Positions 11,983 to 33,331 of a DNA stretch of 64,000 nucleotides are shown piece after piece. A program made the translations under genes and the position numbers. The notes under the pieces were generated by a model that ran no database searches, had not been told where the DNA came from, and saw nothing but the letters and a program-made list of their open reading frames with translations. The first letter of the stretch is position 1; every line of letters starts with the position of its first letter. Source of the DNA: Eledone cirrhosa (lineage: Eukaryota); contig OZ024743.1 in NCBI GenBank assembly GCA_964016885.1, positions 164,300,001 through 164,364,000 of the forward strand, read 5' to 3'.

Positions 11983-12639
11983 CTGTTAAAAGAAAGTGCA
12001 AAATAAAAAAATTAATTTTTTTTTTTAATCTAAAAACATAATACACTGCCAGGAAACAAACTCAAAACTTTATGATTGTGAGCCAAACACCCAAACACCT
12101 AAGCTATATGCCTTCACAAACTAAGATAGTAACTACTTAATAGAGTTACATAATATTTTAAAACAACTACACAATGTCTTAACACAGCTATAATGACATT
12201 TAGATCTCCCCCACTCCCATTACCAAAATGCTGCCAGTCACCCCACCCTCTCTTCAAAGCTCAACACCTGCTCTCATTTTCTCTCCTTTCCTATAAATTG
12301 CAAAAATATAGTGCTGGTGCCATGATAAAGTGAACCTAGTCATCATGGTAAAATGGCTGGTATTACAAAGGGCATCCCAGCCATAGAAACCATGCCAAGC
12401 TAGAACATGTGAGAAAGACAGTCATCTGTCCTGTCTAACCTTGGAATATGATAATGCATGCAACCCATGCCAACATGGAAAACATGGAAAATGGTGATGA
12501 CGAATGTACTTATTTCCTACAGAAAACCATTTATTTGCTTCATCATTCAGCTGACTTAATAAAACCAGTTTTAATTTATGTAATGGGAACAGAAAAGGAA
12601 GAAAAAATAGTAAAAGAGAAAAAGAAAAAGAAAGCAACA

Positions 12640-14040
12640 AAAGAAAGGGAGAGGGGTACTTCAGCCATGCTCCACAAACAAAACGGCAAAAGCGTTATCG
12701 CTGTGAATGACCAGAGACACCAGGTACAACAGCCACTCCACTCATAGGACTCCCTCTTCAAGCAGGCTTCCATCTTTCTAACTTTATGGAGGAAATCAGC
12801 TGTGCAGGGATCTGTCCAGAGATCTCAATGGAGACTGGTGCAAAGAGCCTAGTATTTGGTTATCTCCTCTATATTGCAGGCAGTGGAGCCTGGGTTTGTG
12901 GCTGAAGAGACAAGGCTGGAGGCAAAGAATGAGTCACTGCATGAAACGTCCTGAATTAAAGATTTGCCCCCTTGAAAAGGAAGAGGGTTCTGTGTCATTC
13001 CAATGCAGGTGTACTCCTCATCAAGAAGAGCACCAGATGATGAGGAAGGCATCAAATGGAGCTAAGCACCACTGTTTGGTTGTAAGGCAGAGCATAGGCA
13101 GGGAAGACAGTGTTTGTCCAAGGAAGACTTGATCTGCCCAAAGGCGGTCTTGCATTTGATAGATTATGTATATCTTGCCTCACCATAGATTATGTATATC
13201 AACTCGAACGTGGATGGATTAATCTCATGTCCGAGGAGCTTTAGAGCTGGGATGATTACCAATTCAGTAGAGCCACCAATGGTCATGGCATACTGGTACA
13301 AGATGTTGAAGAGCGACCGAGTAGAGCAGGCAATGTCATCGATGGCCAGCAGGGCAAGTGGGTCTCACTGCTAGACACCCGTAGCCAAAGTGATCTTGTT
13401 GTTAGTGGCCATGAGTATGCTGGGTGCCCCATACGGGAGGTGTCATTGAGGGAATATTGAGAGGGCTCGTCTAAGACATATCTCTAAGTAGTGATCCCAC
13501 CTAATTCTGTTGAAAGCGTTTCTCATGTCCAAAGCAGTCAGGCGGGCTGAGAAGAAAATATTGTGGGAATTGCAGGGCAGGTTGGTGCAGAGAAGACAGA
13601 TGGTGAGAGTAATGATTGACACCATTATGTGGCCAGGTCATAGGCCATCCACTCTGCCACTGTTGCTCTCTGGGAAGGATCTCAGGGCATCTGTTATGTT
13701 CTCACATGATGTGGTCAAGGAAATGTTACTAGCCAGGGATTTGACATCCCTGATGGAGGCTGGTGTGGGCCTGAGTATCGTATCGCTTGAGGCCAGCACA
13801 CATACCACAGCTGAAACATTAGTTTGAGATTGATTCATGCAATAGGAAGTGGACTGTATGCGCTGAGTCAGCACTGGGGGGCAGCTTGAGAGAGCCAAGA
13901 GGATCGCAGAAGGAAGTGATATTGCCCTTGAGCCACAAAGTCAGGGAGGAGCCCGGAGGGATTGGGCCCTTCCCTGACTTTGTGCAAACCATACCTCAGC
14001 TCACTTTGGCTAAAACTGTTTTGTTTGTTTGTTTTCCTTT
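12640..14040 (-). mobile_element. Degenerate CRE-clade LINE (RT and REL remnants) in the helicase intron
   Basis: LDMRNAFN (RT motif), GV-Q-DPL-like remnant, and REL-like GMTQNPLPFQGGKSLIQDVSCSDSF...NPGSTAC..KY; many stops and frameshifts; GC higher than the flanks. Confidence 0.7.
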
Positions 14041-14326
14041 GGGGTCACCATTTATAACTTTAGTTAAGCTATTCGCAAAATAACAACAATTGTGATTTGT
14101 CAAACTGTTGTTTATTGCATGAAAAACATTTATGTAAGAAGGAACCATCTACTCCTAAAGTCCAGATCTTGTTACTCGCTTCACTGCTGACCAGTTCAAT
14201 AACCAGTCTGCAGTAAAGTCCCTGCCATCAACAGTTCGTCTTTACGAGCTCGTGGCAATGCTCTACACACACATAATTATATGACAGACTTCTGCACAGT
14301 TTCCATCTATCAAATTCTACTATAAT

Positions 14327-14513
14327 TGTTTCTACTTTAGGCACAAGGCCAGCAATTACCCAGTGCATTACTGGTACTTTATTTTATCGACCCCGTAAGG
14401 ATGAAAGGTAAAGTCAACCTCAGCGGGATTTGAACTCAGATCGTAAAGGGACGTAACTATGCTGGAAAGCATGGCGTCCGACCCTCTACCGATACTGCCA
14501 ATCCACCGCCCTT
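14327..14513 (-). mobile_element. tRNA-derived SINE with Meta-like central domain
   Basis: 15-bp TSD AAATTCTACTATAAT (14312-14326 and 14514-14528); B box GAGTTCAAATCC on the minus strand; copies at 44050-44218 (+) and 45950-46124 (-). Confidence 0.85.
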
Positions 14514-14625
14514 AAATTCTACTATAATAAAAGACATTTGAGTCACTATTGCAAAATTTGTTTGTGCAATTGGAAACCTGGGAGAAAGTTTAGAAGAGAA
14601 AACTATTTCTTGTTTTAGTAGTTAC

Positions 14626-15140
14626 GGAGTAGGTAGACCCAGAAAAACCTGGGATGATCTGATAAATTCCGACCTCACACACTTACATCTCTCTAAGACA
14701 ATGTCTCTGGACTGAGACCTTTGGCACTATGCAGTAATACAGAAGACCCGCCTTGCCTATGTACAAAGCAAAACCTACAGTCAGTAGCCACCTCTTAACC
14801 AAATATACACCCCAATCTACTACCCCTACCTACCTATCCTCCCACTCCCACCAACAGCACGAGAAAATGAGATTGAGTTCATGTAGGTATCACGACAAAA
14901 AACACACACAGTCCACGCTGTAATGTGGCCGTGTAGGTAACACGGTAAAAAAGTTCCCAGTTCCACACTGTAAATGTGGTTGGTGTTAGGAAGGGCATCC
15001 AGCCGTAGAAAACCTGCCAGATAGTCCTATATGAGCGAGACACGGTCACCCGACCAGCCTTGCCTCAAGTGGGACAACTCCCATCTAACCCATGCTAGCG
15101 TGGAAAACAGACGCTAAACGAAGATGATGATGATGATGAT
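14626..15140 (+). mobile_element. RTE LINE (family B) 3' end with (GAT)n tail
   Basis: GRPRKTWDDLINSDLTHLHLSKTMSLD matches the end of the 53236 ORF; shared 3'UTR. Confidence 0.85.
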
Positions 15141-15168
15141 TTATTTAAAGTAACTTTGAAGAACTGAC

Positions 15169-15293
15169 CTGCTGTACTGATGATAACATCATACGTTGAT
15201 AAAGGTTCCTTAGCATGTTCAGATCTACCACCATGCACACATATTATTCTCAGGTCACGTTCAATAATATTTTCAGTATTTTGAGGATCAAAT
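15169..15293 (-). CDS. RLR-like helicase, penultimate exon (FDPQNTENIIERDLRIICVHGGRSEHAKEPLSTYDVIISTA)
   Basis: Acceptor ctttctttttAG, donor GCAG/GTCAGT; 125 nt; phase-1 end joins the 11982 exon in frame; carries the GG doublet and the helicase motif Ib/Ic-like YDVIIST. Confidence 0.85.
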
Positions 15294-15374
15294 CTAAAAA
15301 GAAAGTTTTTGTTTTATGAAATGCATTTATTAGAGAAATATTAAAATAACCAAAAATGTATAGTTAATATTCAG

Positions 15375-15531
15375 AGTCCTCAAACACTCCTTCAAGCGTG
15401 TCCTGACAGAAGCATCCATTTCCAACTGAATCCCCAAGCAAGACCAGCCAAGCTAATGGATGTTATCCAACCATCTGGCTCGGAGTCTACATTGCTGGTT
15501 GGTTTTGCCTATAAAATCTGTCCAGCAATTT
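15375..15531 (-). mobile_element. RTE family C 3' fragment cut by the gap
   Basis: Matches 720-890. Confidence 0.7.
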
Positions 15532-15731
15532 NNNNNNNNNNNNNNNNNNNNNNNNNNNNNNNNNNNNNNNNNNNNNNNNNNNNNNNNNNNNNNNNNNNNN
15601 NNNNNNNNNNNNNNNNNNNNNNNNNNNNNNNNNNNNNNNNNNNNNNNNNNNNNNNNNNNNNNNNNNNNNNNNNNNNNNNNNNNNNNNNNNNNNNNNNNNN
15701 NNNNNNNNNNNNNNNNNNNNNNNNNNNNNNN
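15532..15731. other. Assembly gap (200 N)
   Basis: Run of 200 n. Confidence 1.
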
Positions 15732-15789
15732 TGCTATGTATTGAGTACCTTACTTACTGTGGTTACCTCCGATTCAACCCGGAATAATG

Positions 15790-16354
15790 TATATATATAA
15801 TATATATATATAATATATAATTTATATTATATATATATATTATATATTAATTATATATTATATATTATATATATTATATATATATATTATATATTATATA
15901 TATATATTAATTATATAATTATATATATATATTATATATTAATTATATATTATATATTAATTATATATTATATATAATATATATATATAATATATAATAT
16001 ATAATATATAATATATATATATAATATATATATATAATATATATATAATATATATATATAATATATAATATATAATATATAATATATATATATAATATAT
16101 ATATATAATATATATATATAATATATATATATAATATATATATATAATATATATATATATAATATATATATATATATTATATATATATAATATATATATA
16201 TAATATATATATATATAATATATATATATAATATATATATATATAATATATATATATAATATATATATAATATATATAAATAATATATATAAATAATATA
16301 TATAAATAATATAATATATATATATATATATATATAATATATAAATATATATAT

Positions 16355-16398
<44 letters not shown>

Positions 16399-16436
16399 TA
16401 TAATATATATATATATAAATATATAATATATATATA
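15790..16436. repeat. Degenerate (TA)n/(TAA)-interrupted microsatellite
   Basis: Direct reading of the sequence. Confidence 0.95.
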
Positions 16437-17410
16437 TTGTTATACTTTGGGAGGGTCATGTTGCCAATAAGAAACACACGCACCAGTTGCTTTCACTTCA
16501 ATTTAATTTATTATATATTTATAAATTTATAAATTTCTGGTGGTTGGTTGGTTCCACAACCAGATAGTTGTTTATATATATATAGTCATAGTTCTTTCGT
16601 CACACACTCTGTGACCTCTTCAGTGACTGGGGATTTCTTTCTTCGTTTCTGTGCCTTTCCTTTCTTCTACCCTACGTCATTTTGTTGTGTGTGGGTTGCG
16701 TGCTCAGTTTGCGCATGCGCCACATCCGGGTGTCTGTGTGTGTTTGTGTTCATTTTTCTATTTTTCTATTTATATTTTTCTATTTGTTTGTTTATTTATT
16801 TATTTATTGTTGGTTGGTTGTTTGTTCTATGTGTGTGTGTGTTTTCATTTTGTCTTGTGTGTGTTTTCATTTTGTGTGTGTTTTCAATTGTAAGTTGTTT
16901 GTTCTATGTGTGTGTGTGTTTTCATTTTGTCCTTAATTGTAAGTTGTGATGTTGCTGTTCCACTCATATTTTCTATTTAATTTTGGTTTTAATTCTTTTA
17001 TGCTTACTGCCTCTGTAATTTGCCTAAACATTGCGTCTTTCTTGTGTGTGGATTCTATTTTTATTTCTATGCTCTCTAATTTACCCCTGTGTTCTATCTT
17101 AGCATGTTGGTAGAGCACAGATGATTCTTTATTATCTTGGAGGTCTCGCCAGTGTTCATTTATTCGTTCCCCTATACTACGAGCTGTCTCACCTATGTAC
17201 ACTATATTTTTGTTTCTACATTGTCCTTCAGCACATCTTATGCTATATTTCTAGTTTTACAGTTTATAAATATATAATAAATTAAATTGAAGTGAAAGCA
17301 ACTGGTGCGTGTGTTTCTTATTGGCAACATGACCCTCCCAAAGTATAACAATATCGGTTTCAACACACGATTTCAGATAAAGAATCTTGCTAAACAAATT
17401 CAGAAACGAA
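16434..17410 (-). mobile_element. 5'-truncated Penelope-like element: GIY-YIG fragment (ORF 16933-17202) bracketed by 92-bp inverted pLTR segments
   Basis: YIGETARSIGERINEH...RQITEAVSI...LNRKYEW; perfect inverted repeats 16434-16525 and 17263-17354. Confidence 0.9.
16584..16628 (-). ncRNA. Minimal type I hammerhead ribozyme in the PLE pLTR
   Basis: Minus strand: AGTCA-CTGAAGA-G-GTCACA(GAGTG)TGTGAC-GAAA-G(AA)C-TA-TGACT; 5-bp stem I, 6-bp stem II, CUA cleavage triplet. Confidence 0.7.
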
Positions 17411-24357
<6,947 letters not shown>

Positions 24358-24358
<1 letters not shown>

Positions 24359-24715
24359 AAAATATTAAACAAATAATGAATAAACAATTCCTTATATTAA
24401 ACAAAAAAGTTCATTATTTAACGATCGTTTCTAGGGTATATATGTGTTATAATTGGTATGCATATTCAACAGATCTATGTACAAAATTATACAAAATATA
24501 TACCCTAGAAACGATCGTTAAATAATGAACTTTTTTTGTTTAATATAAGGAAGTTTATTCATTATTTGTTTAATATTTATCTTGACTCTGTATACCGTTT
24601 ATCTTTCACCGAAAGTGGATTTTCATTACATCTCTTCTTTCCATGATATCCGGAATACATTGAGTTCTTCATACGGATTGGACACTACCCGTAAACTGTT
24701 GGTAGATTTATCTAC
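24358..24715. mobile_element. Palindromic (inverted) Penelope pLTR remnant
   Basis: ~84-bp inverted arms 24358-24442 and 24497-24580; same family as 49225-49360, which lies at the 3' end of the PLE at 50486. Confidence 0.65.
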
Positions 24716-27270
<2,555 letters not shown>

Positions 27271-27588
27271 TTTTCAGAATATAAGAAGCAATTTTATTTT
27301 GAAGAAAATTGTTCAGGGAGAGAAAAAAGGTTAATGTTCAGCTGTACATATACATGACTCAAGTATGGGTATATATATATGCACACACAGAAACACATGT
27401 TATTAAGAGACAGAAACAAAAGACACTTCAATTTGAGCTGTCATACTTGAAAATGGAAAACAATGAAATATTACAGGTAATTCATTTGTAAATTTGTTCA
27501 TATTAAAAATTTGGCAATTTCCTCCATAAACTTTATAATGTTTCTTTTTTTTAATACAATTTTTATGGGGCCTTGTTTTGAAAAAAGA

Positions 27589-27657
27589 TCACGTTTTTAT
27601 ATTTTTTGAAGTGTTAACTTCAACATCCTCCTGCGTTCCCTCTCGCCCAACTAATAT
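27589..27657 (-). CDS. Candidate small exon (ILVGREGTQEDVEVNTSKNIKT*), gene unknown
   Basis: Good acceptor tctttgtcttgtgtttcAG; GC-richer island open in one frame; either terminal (TGA at 27591-27589, minus-strand AATAAA near 27295) or internal with a weak GTGATC donor. Confidence 0.3.
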   Translation of the reverse strand: MLVGREGTQEDVEVNTSKNIKT

Positions 27658-28178
27658 CTGAAACACAAGACAAAGACCAATTTCTAATACAACAAGAAGA
27701 AATATTATGAAGAAAAAAAAAAAAAAATGTCTTAAGCTGATTATGAGGATTAACTCTTAACATTCTGCAATGACTCAGTAGAAAATATCTAGAAACACTC
27801 TTGTTAATTCAAATGTTGATAGTAAGTTTAGTAATATTCTACATTTTTCCAACAGATTGTTGGAAAAATGTAGAATATTAAAGACTTTAATGTTTTGTGA
27901 TGTAGTCAGTGCTGTTTTGTACTTTTCAAGACTGTCTTACTAATGTGGTTTCATGTAGTACAGTATGTTAGGGGTTAAATATCAACAGCTGATTATCATT
28001 AAAGAAATTTAAGGGGAAAAAAAAAATGATAAGTTAATGAAATCCCAAATTCATCAATTTCCATACATTTTTTTTTTTTTTTTTGCTATTGCTGAAACTA
28101 ATGGTTAATTTTATAACTACCTTAAGTGACAAAGAAGAGAAATAATAAATATAAAATCCTCATCATAAATGCCAGAAA

Positions 28179-28740
28179 TCATAATATAATAAAGGGAGGA
28201 GTGCGGGACTGCGTCCTGAATATATTTTTTTATCCTGTTAGTAAAATAAGTTAGATTACCTTGAATAAATAATGAATGAATATTACACAATTTATCTACT
28301 TTCGTAGGTGTTGATTAAACATAAATATTCTTATATACAATGATTTCTTATTTTAAGATTCACTTGTAAAATTTTCAAATGTCAAAACTTCCGGCTCACG
28401 TCCGTTATATCGTAACACTTATTACATCGCTTATGTAAATGTTCATATATTTGCATTGTTATATAAGGTTTATATTTGTCGCTAATTTTCTTTTTTTGTT
28501 TTCATAAAATTTTGCTGTATGTAATGCAGTTTATATATAATATCTTTTTTAAATGTATCATGGGTTACTTTACTGATTACAAAATACAGTGTAACACAGT
28601 CTCTCTTCAATTTCTGTGCATATTGTCAATTACGATTTTATTTGATGTGTCATATCTACATGCATGTATATTTGCCTATATCAATATGCACACTACACAT
28701 GCTAGCAGAAAAACCACCTGAACGGTGGTTTTTCTGCTAG
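28179..28740 (+). mobile_element. Non-autonomous Helitron-like element (562 bp)
   Basis: A|TCATAATATAATAAAG 5' end; 3' hairpin AAAAACCACC-TGAAC-GGTGGTTTTT followed by CTAG|T; inserted at A/T with no TSD. Confidence 0.7.
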
Positions 28741-29099
28741 TTAAACATAATGAGATAAATCCTTTTTTGTATTTGTATAAATGTTCTAAGCTATATTTTG
28801 TTCATAAATAAAGATTCCAGCCTGGGACTAAGTACATATTCACAACTAGGTAAGACTTGTCCCTGAGTGAGAACTGGCAATGATCAAAACTGATCGGAAT
28901 GTCGTGGAAATGGAAACAGAAAAAGATGAGATTAACACTTTTGGTACCAACTTGTTTCCTGTGATAAAATTGTCCATTTTAAAGTGTTTCTATCTAAGAT
29001 AATTTTATGTAAATACTCTCTTATTCATTTTTCACCCGCCACCCTCCTTATTAAATTTTGCTCATCTTTCTCCAGCAAAATGTTATTTTAAGTGGTAGC

Positions 29100-29960
29100 A
29101 TTCTTGTTCATTATTTACATGAACAGGATTGACATGCATAGCCAGGTTGGAAGTGATATCATGACTGGTGGATATAAATCAGTCGGATGGAATTTGCAGA
29201 AGACATGGTGTTACTTAACTCAACAGATGATCATCGACTTGCACTTGATAAGTGCTGCATGGCTGGAACGAAAATCGGTGCTGCAAAAACTGAGACACTC
29301 ATCCTCTCAAAGGACTCTACATGTAAATGGAGTTCCACTGAAGCAGGTAGAGAAGTTCAAGTATCTCAATGCAGTGCTCATGAGTGATGGAAGGCAGGAG
29401 GTTGGATTAAGTACAAGAATTGCAAAAGGTGGTGCAGTAATGCACCAGTTCCAGCATTCAGTAATCAGAAGAAGGGAGGTAGGCATAAAAGCCAAACTCA
29501 CTATCTTCAATTCGGTATTCGTGCCAACCCATACCTATGGTCATGAATCTTGCATAATGACCAAAAGAATATGGTCACAAATACAAGCAGCTGAAATGTG
29601 ATTCCTCCGAAGGGTCTTTGGAGTAATGTTACTTGATAAAGTGTGCAGCTTGGAGATCAGAGAGTCGCTACAGGTAGAGTCACTACTTCTCCGAATTGAG
29701 AGATCACAGCTCCGATACCAAAAAAGAATCGCTGGACAGATTTTACGGGCAAAACCAACTGGCAAGAGACCCAGGAGTAGACCCCGAGCAAGATGGTTGG
29801 ATAACATCCATGAGCTTGGCTGGTCTCACTAATAAATCCTCTGGGGTATCCAGCTGGATCAGTTGGAAACAGCTGGTTATGACAAGTCCCTCTGGTAGGA
29901 GAGTTTGAGGACTCTGCTCCCACGACCCTCTCAGGAAAAAGTGGGTGAAGAAGAAGCATT
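29100..29960 (+). mobile_element. Degenerate RTE LINE (family C) 3' portion
   Basis: EFAEDMVL (YADD-like), LKQVEKFKYL, YGHESC, LLRIERSQLRY, KRPRSRPRARWLDNI; frameshifts and stops. Confidence 0.85.
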
Positions 29961-31529
29961 CCTGTGACAATTTTCTTTAGTCATTAAAAAACAAAAAAAA
30001 AAGAACATTAGAAATCTCATACGTTATAAAAGAAATAGGATAGGTTGGGGTCTCAATATGTAAAGTGACTAATTCTGTTTTAAAAAAAAAATTAAGGGAG
30101 ACAACCTAGAAAAATTATAGATTTTCGAACCTCACCACTTATTCCAACCTACTCCTATTATTTGGGACCCATGCACCAAACTTAAATTAATGATATTATT
30201 TTACTAAAACACTTAAAATTTGATTATTTTCAAAATTAATTGAACACATTCAATATATTTTAAGAGAAATATGGTAATGAAGGGGCAGTGTGAAGTGGTT
30301 GTGCTGATATCGCAAAAACAATGCACCTAGAAAACACACGAAAATGGCTGTTAGGAAGGGCATCCAGCCAAAGAAACCATGTCAAATATGTAATGTATAA
30401 GTAAGATGAGGTCACTCCGATATATCTGGTCTCGGACTGCGGCAACCTGTCCAAAACATGCCAGTGTGGAAAGTGGACATAAAATGAGGATAGTTAGATT
30501 TTTTAAATTTTATACCTGCATGTATAACTTTTCAACTCCAATTTCTTACGCCAAGTTAACTTTGATATGTAAAATTGGGGGTTTGGTGCGATTTAAAATT
30601 TTTTTTTTTTTTTTTTGGTGTATGAAGTACTCTAGGCGCCCAGGTTTAAATTCAGCCCTGTGCTTGTAGCAACGATTCAGCCTGGAGTGAAAGATATAGT
30701 TCAGTATTTGTCACATATTCAGCATTTTCCCCATAACTCATTCACCCAGAAATGAAGTTTCAAGGAATTAAGTATTCTGATCCAATATCTAGCATAATGA
30801 TTCCTACCCCTATTCTGAAATGCCTCAAAATGGGTCACGGGCACTGCCTTTCACTCTGTAACCAAAAAGAAAAAAAAATCTGCAGTCTGCTTGACCTACA
30901 ACAAGTTTGAGTCCTATGTCATGGTGAGGTGGTTAACAATAAGGGTATGCTCCAAGAAAAAAGAAATATTCAAATCTTCCCCCTCCACACAAACACATCC
31001 TACCCATGCTAGCATGGAAAAATACGTGGAAAAAAAATGACCATTTCACCTATCTTCTATATTGTAAATATTACTATGGCATTGCTATAGTAATATTCTT
31101 ATGTATACAGAATCATAGGTGTAGTTACTCTCTGATGAGGAGACAAAAATCTCTGAAATACAACAAAAGGATAATCTCATGTTTTTGTGTGTACAGGAAT
31201 ACTTAAAAGTGTTTACACTTAATACTTTATTCTTTTCACAGCAAAGGCTATCAATTCAAAAACAGCAGTTGTATCCATATAAACAATTTATCTTGCAATC
31301 TTCAAAATAATGTTTTAAAAATCTAATTCAACATTTAATCCAAAGTATGTCCTATATCCTCAGTTTGTAGCAACTTTTAAGGAAATTGTTAGACAGATAC
31401 ACAGATAAACATTCTTTGGAATTTTGTTTTACTGATTAGTCATAGAGGGGAGGGCAGTGTCTATGACTCTTTTCTGAGCCTCGGTCAAAATGCTTTCAAC
31501 AGAGTGGACTCTGCTAAAAGTATCCAAGG

Positions 31530-31830
31530 ACTGGGTGGTGATGTTCAACTGGATGACATTAAATTTACCACCCAAGGACCAGCAGGTGGTTTTAAACAGG
31601 GTGCCATTAAGTCTATTACCCAGAGCAGAGACCAAGTGGGTGTTCAACTGAGTGCATGCAGGATTAAATCTACCACCACCCAAAGGCAAGGTGATGGTAT
31701 TAAACAGGATGATAGCGGAATTTACCACCCAAGGGCCAGGTAATGGTGTTAAACAGGATGATAAATTAAATTTACCACCCAAGGGCCTGACGGTGGTGTT
31801 AAACTGTGTGATAGATTAAGTCAACCACCA
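31530..31830. repeat. Degenerate ~45-50 bp minisatellite (about 6 units)
   Basis: Recurrent ggtgttaaacaggatga...ttaaatttaccacccaaggg motif. Confidence 0.7.
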
Positions 31831-32410
31831 GCTAAGAAAGAAAATATACAAAATAAATGGTTTGAAAATTCTCACAATTGAAAAGGCTAATAATTGCCAT
31901 AATTGCCATTATGCTGATTATTTAACTATTTGTGTGTTATTAACAGATATTGTTTAGTGTTTATTCTTATACATAAACTAAGTAATATAATGGCTGCAGC
32001 TTGAAAAAGTCCATCTTCCCCATACTCATATTTAGAACAGGTTAGGTGTTGGGAAATATGGATGATGTCTGAGATAGGGATATAGAGGATGTCTTAGTTC
32101 TAACATAGACACTTAGTTCATTATTAGCTTTGTTTTAATGAGTGTATTAGTTACAAGTTTGGCATTTGATGGTCTTAACCACTAGATATTTTGTTTATTG
32201 TTGGTTTTGTTTTCAGAGTATATTATTTACGTATTGTGACATTCAATAATGACTTTGATTTGTTCTAGGTATAACAACATTCAGATGTATATATTTGACA
32301 GTACTACTTGCTTATTTGCATATTCATATCTAAGAGGGTGTGGTAAGATACCAAGTGGACCATAACGCACCAGAGTACTCAATACTTAGGGTAGTAGAGT
32401 AGGTAACAGA

Positions 32411-32511
32411 AAAAGAGTCAGGACCCCGACAGCTGAGTTCCAGCCGTTTCAACAGTTCGGATCTAGCCAATGAAACGGCCGGAGCTCAGCCGTCAGGGTC
32501 CTGACTCTTTT
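32411..32511. repeat. 41-bp inverted repeat (hairpin) with 19-nt loop
   Basis: aaaagagtcaggaccccgacagctgagttccagccgtttca versus tgaaacggccggagctcagccgtcagggtcctgactctttt, 4 mismatches. Confidence 0.9.
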
Positions 32512-32999
32512 CCTATATAGATAGATAGATAGCAGAAGCAATGCAATCAACAGTAACTGGGATCAGTATTATTCGAGTCAATGAGCAACTCCCAAGTTAG
32601 TCTTTTTATGTTGACAAGAAACAAAAACAAAACATTCATTGTAAATTATTTCCTAATTTCTTTGCCAGTCAATTTAATTAATCTTCTATGACTCAATATT
32701 AGATGATGAGGAGGTAAATAGAATTTGCCAATTAGTAAATAATAATCTAGCACAAACTAAACGAGCTAATAAGGCAAAGGAAATTACACACACAAAGAAA
32801 GAAATGTTTTTCAAAATACTTTTTTCCCCCTCTTATTTTAGTTTTGTATTTACCAATTTTTTTTTTCTTTGAAGCACAAACAATTAGATAAAAATAAATT
32901 TGATAACACTGAAATTATCCATCAAAAATATTAAGGTTTTTGAATATATATTTTTTAAAAAATATTATACATACATTCACACACACTATGTGTGTGTGT

Positions 33000-33331
33000 G
33001 TTGTTGTAGGCCCCCTTCAGTCATGAAGGGCCATGGTTTTGTACCTAGAAAGTTTCCTCTCTGTGACACAAGCCTGGGCAAGGTGTGTTTGTGGAAGACC
33101 AGCTGTTGCCCATGCATGCCAGTCTCCCCTCTCCACCCACTGATGTTGTCCAGGAGAAAGACAATGGCCAATACAGCTTGGCACCAGTGACGTGATAACT
33201 CCTTTTTACAGCTGAGTAAACTGGAGCAACGTGAAATAAAGTGTCTTGTTCAAGGAAAACGCATCACCCGGTCCAAGAATCGAACTCACAACCTCCCAAT
33301 TGCAAGCCCAATGCTCTAACCGTCTGCCTCC
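33000..33331 (-). mobile_element. CORE-SINE with a different 3' tail ending in (CAA)n
   Basis: Same tRNA head and CORE as the 3375 SINE (33205-33331), but the tail is unrelated. Confidence 0.75.

Noticed and set aside
10085-14040. Idea that the helicase last exon sits inside one CRE element (RT upstream, REL downstream)
   Set aside because: The intronic CRE copy has its own REL remnant at about 12850-13030, so the 10085 fragment is a separate insertion.
14210-14270. Pseudoknot-like pairing (TTGCCA/TGGCAG, GTAAAG/CTTTAC) upstream of the CRE fragment on the minus strand
   Set aside because: Lacks the P4 and J4/2 catalytic C arrangement of HDV-like ribozymes and fits no other class I can verify.
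31125-31175. CTGATGA-GGAGA(CAAAAA)TCTCT-GAAA hammerhead-like core
   Set aside because: No NUH triplet, stem III or convincing stem I partner; at most a decayed PLE remnant.
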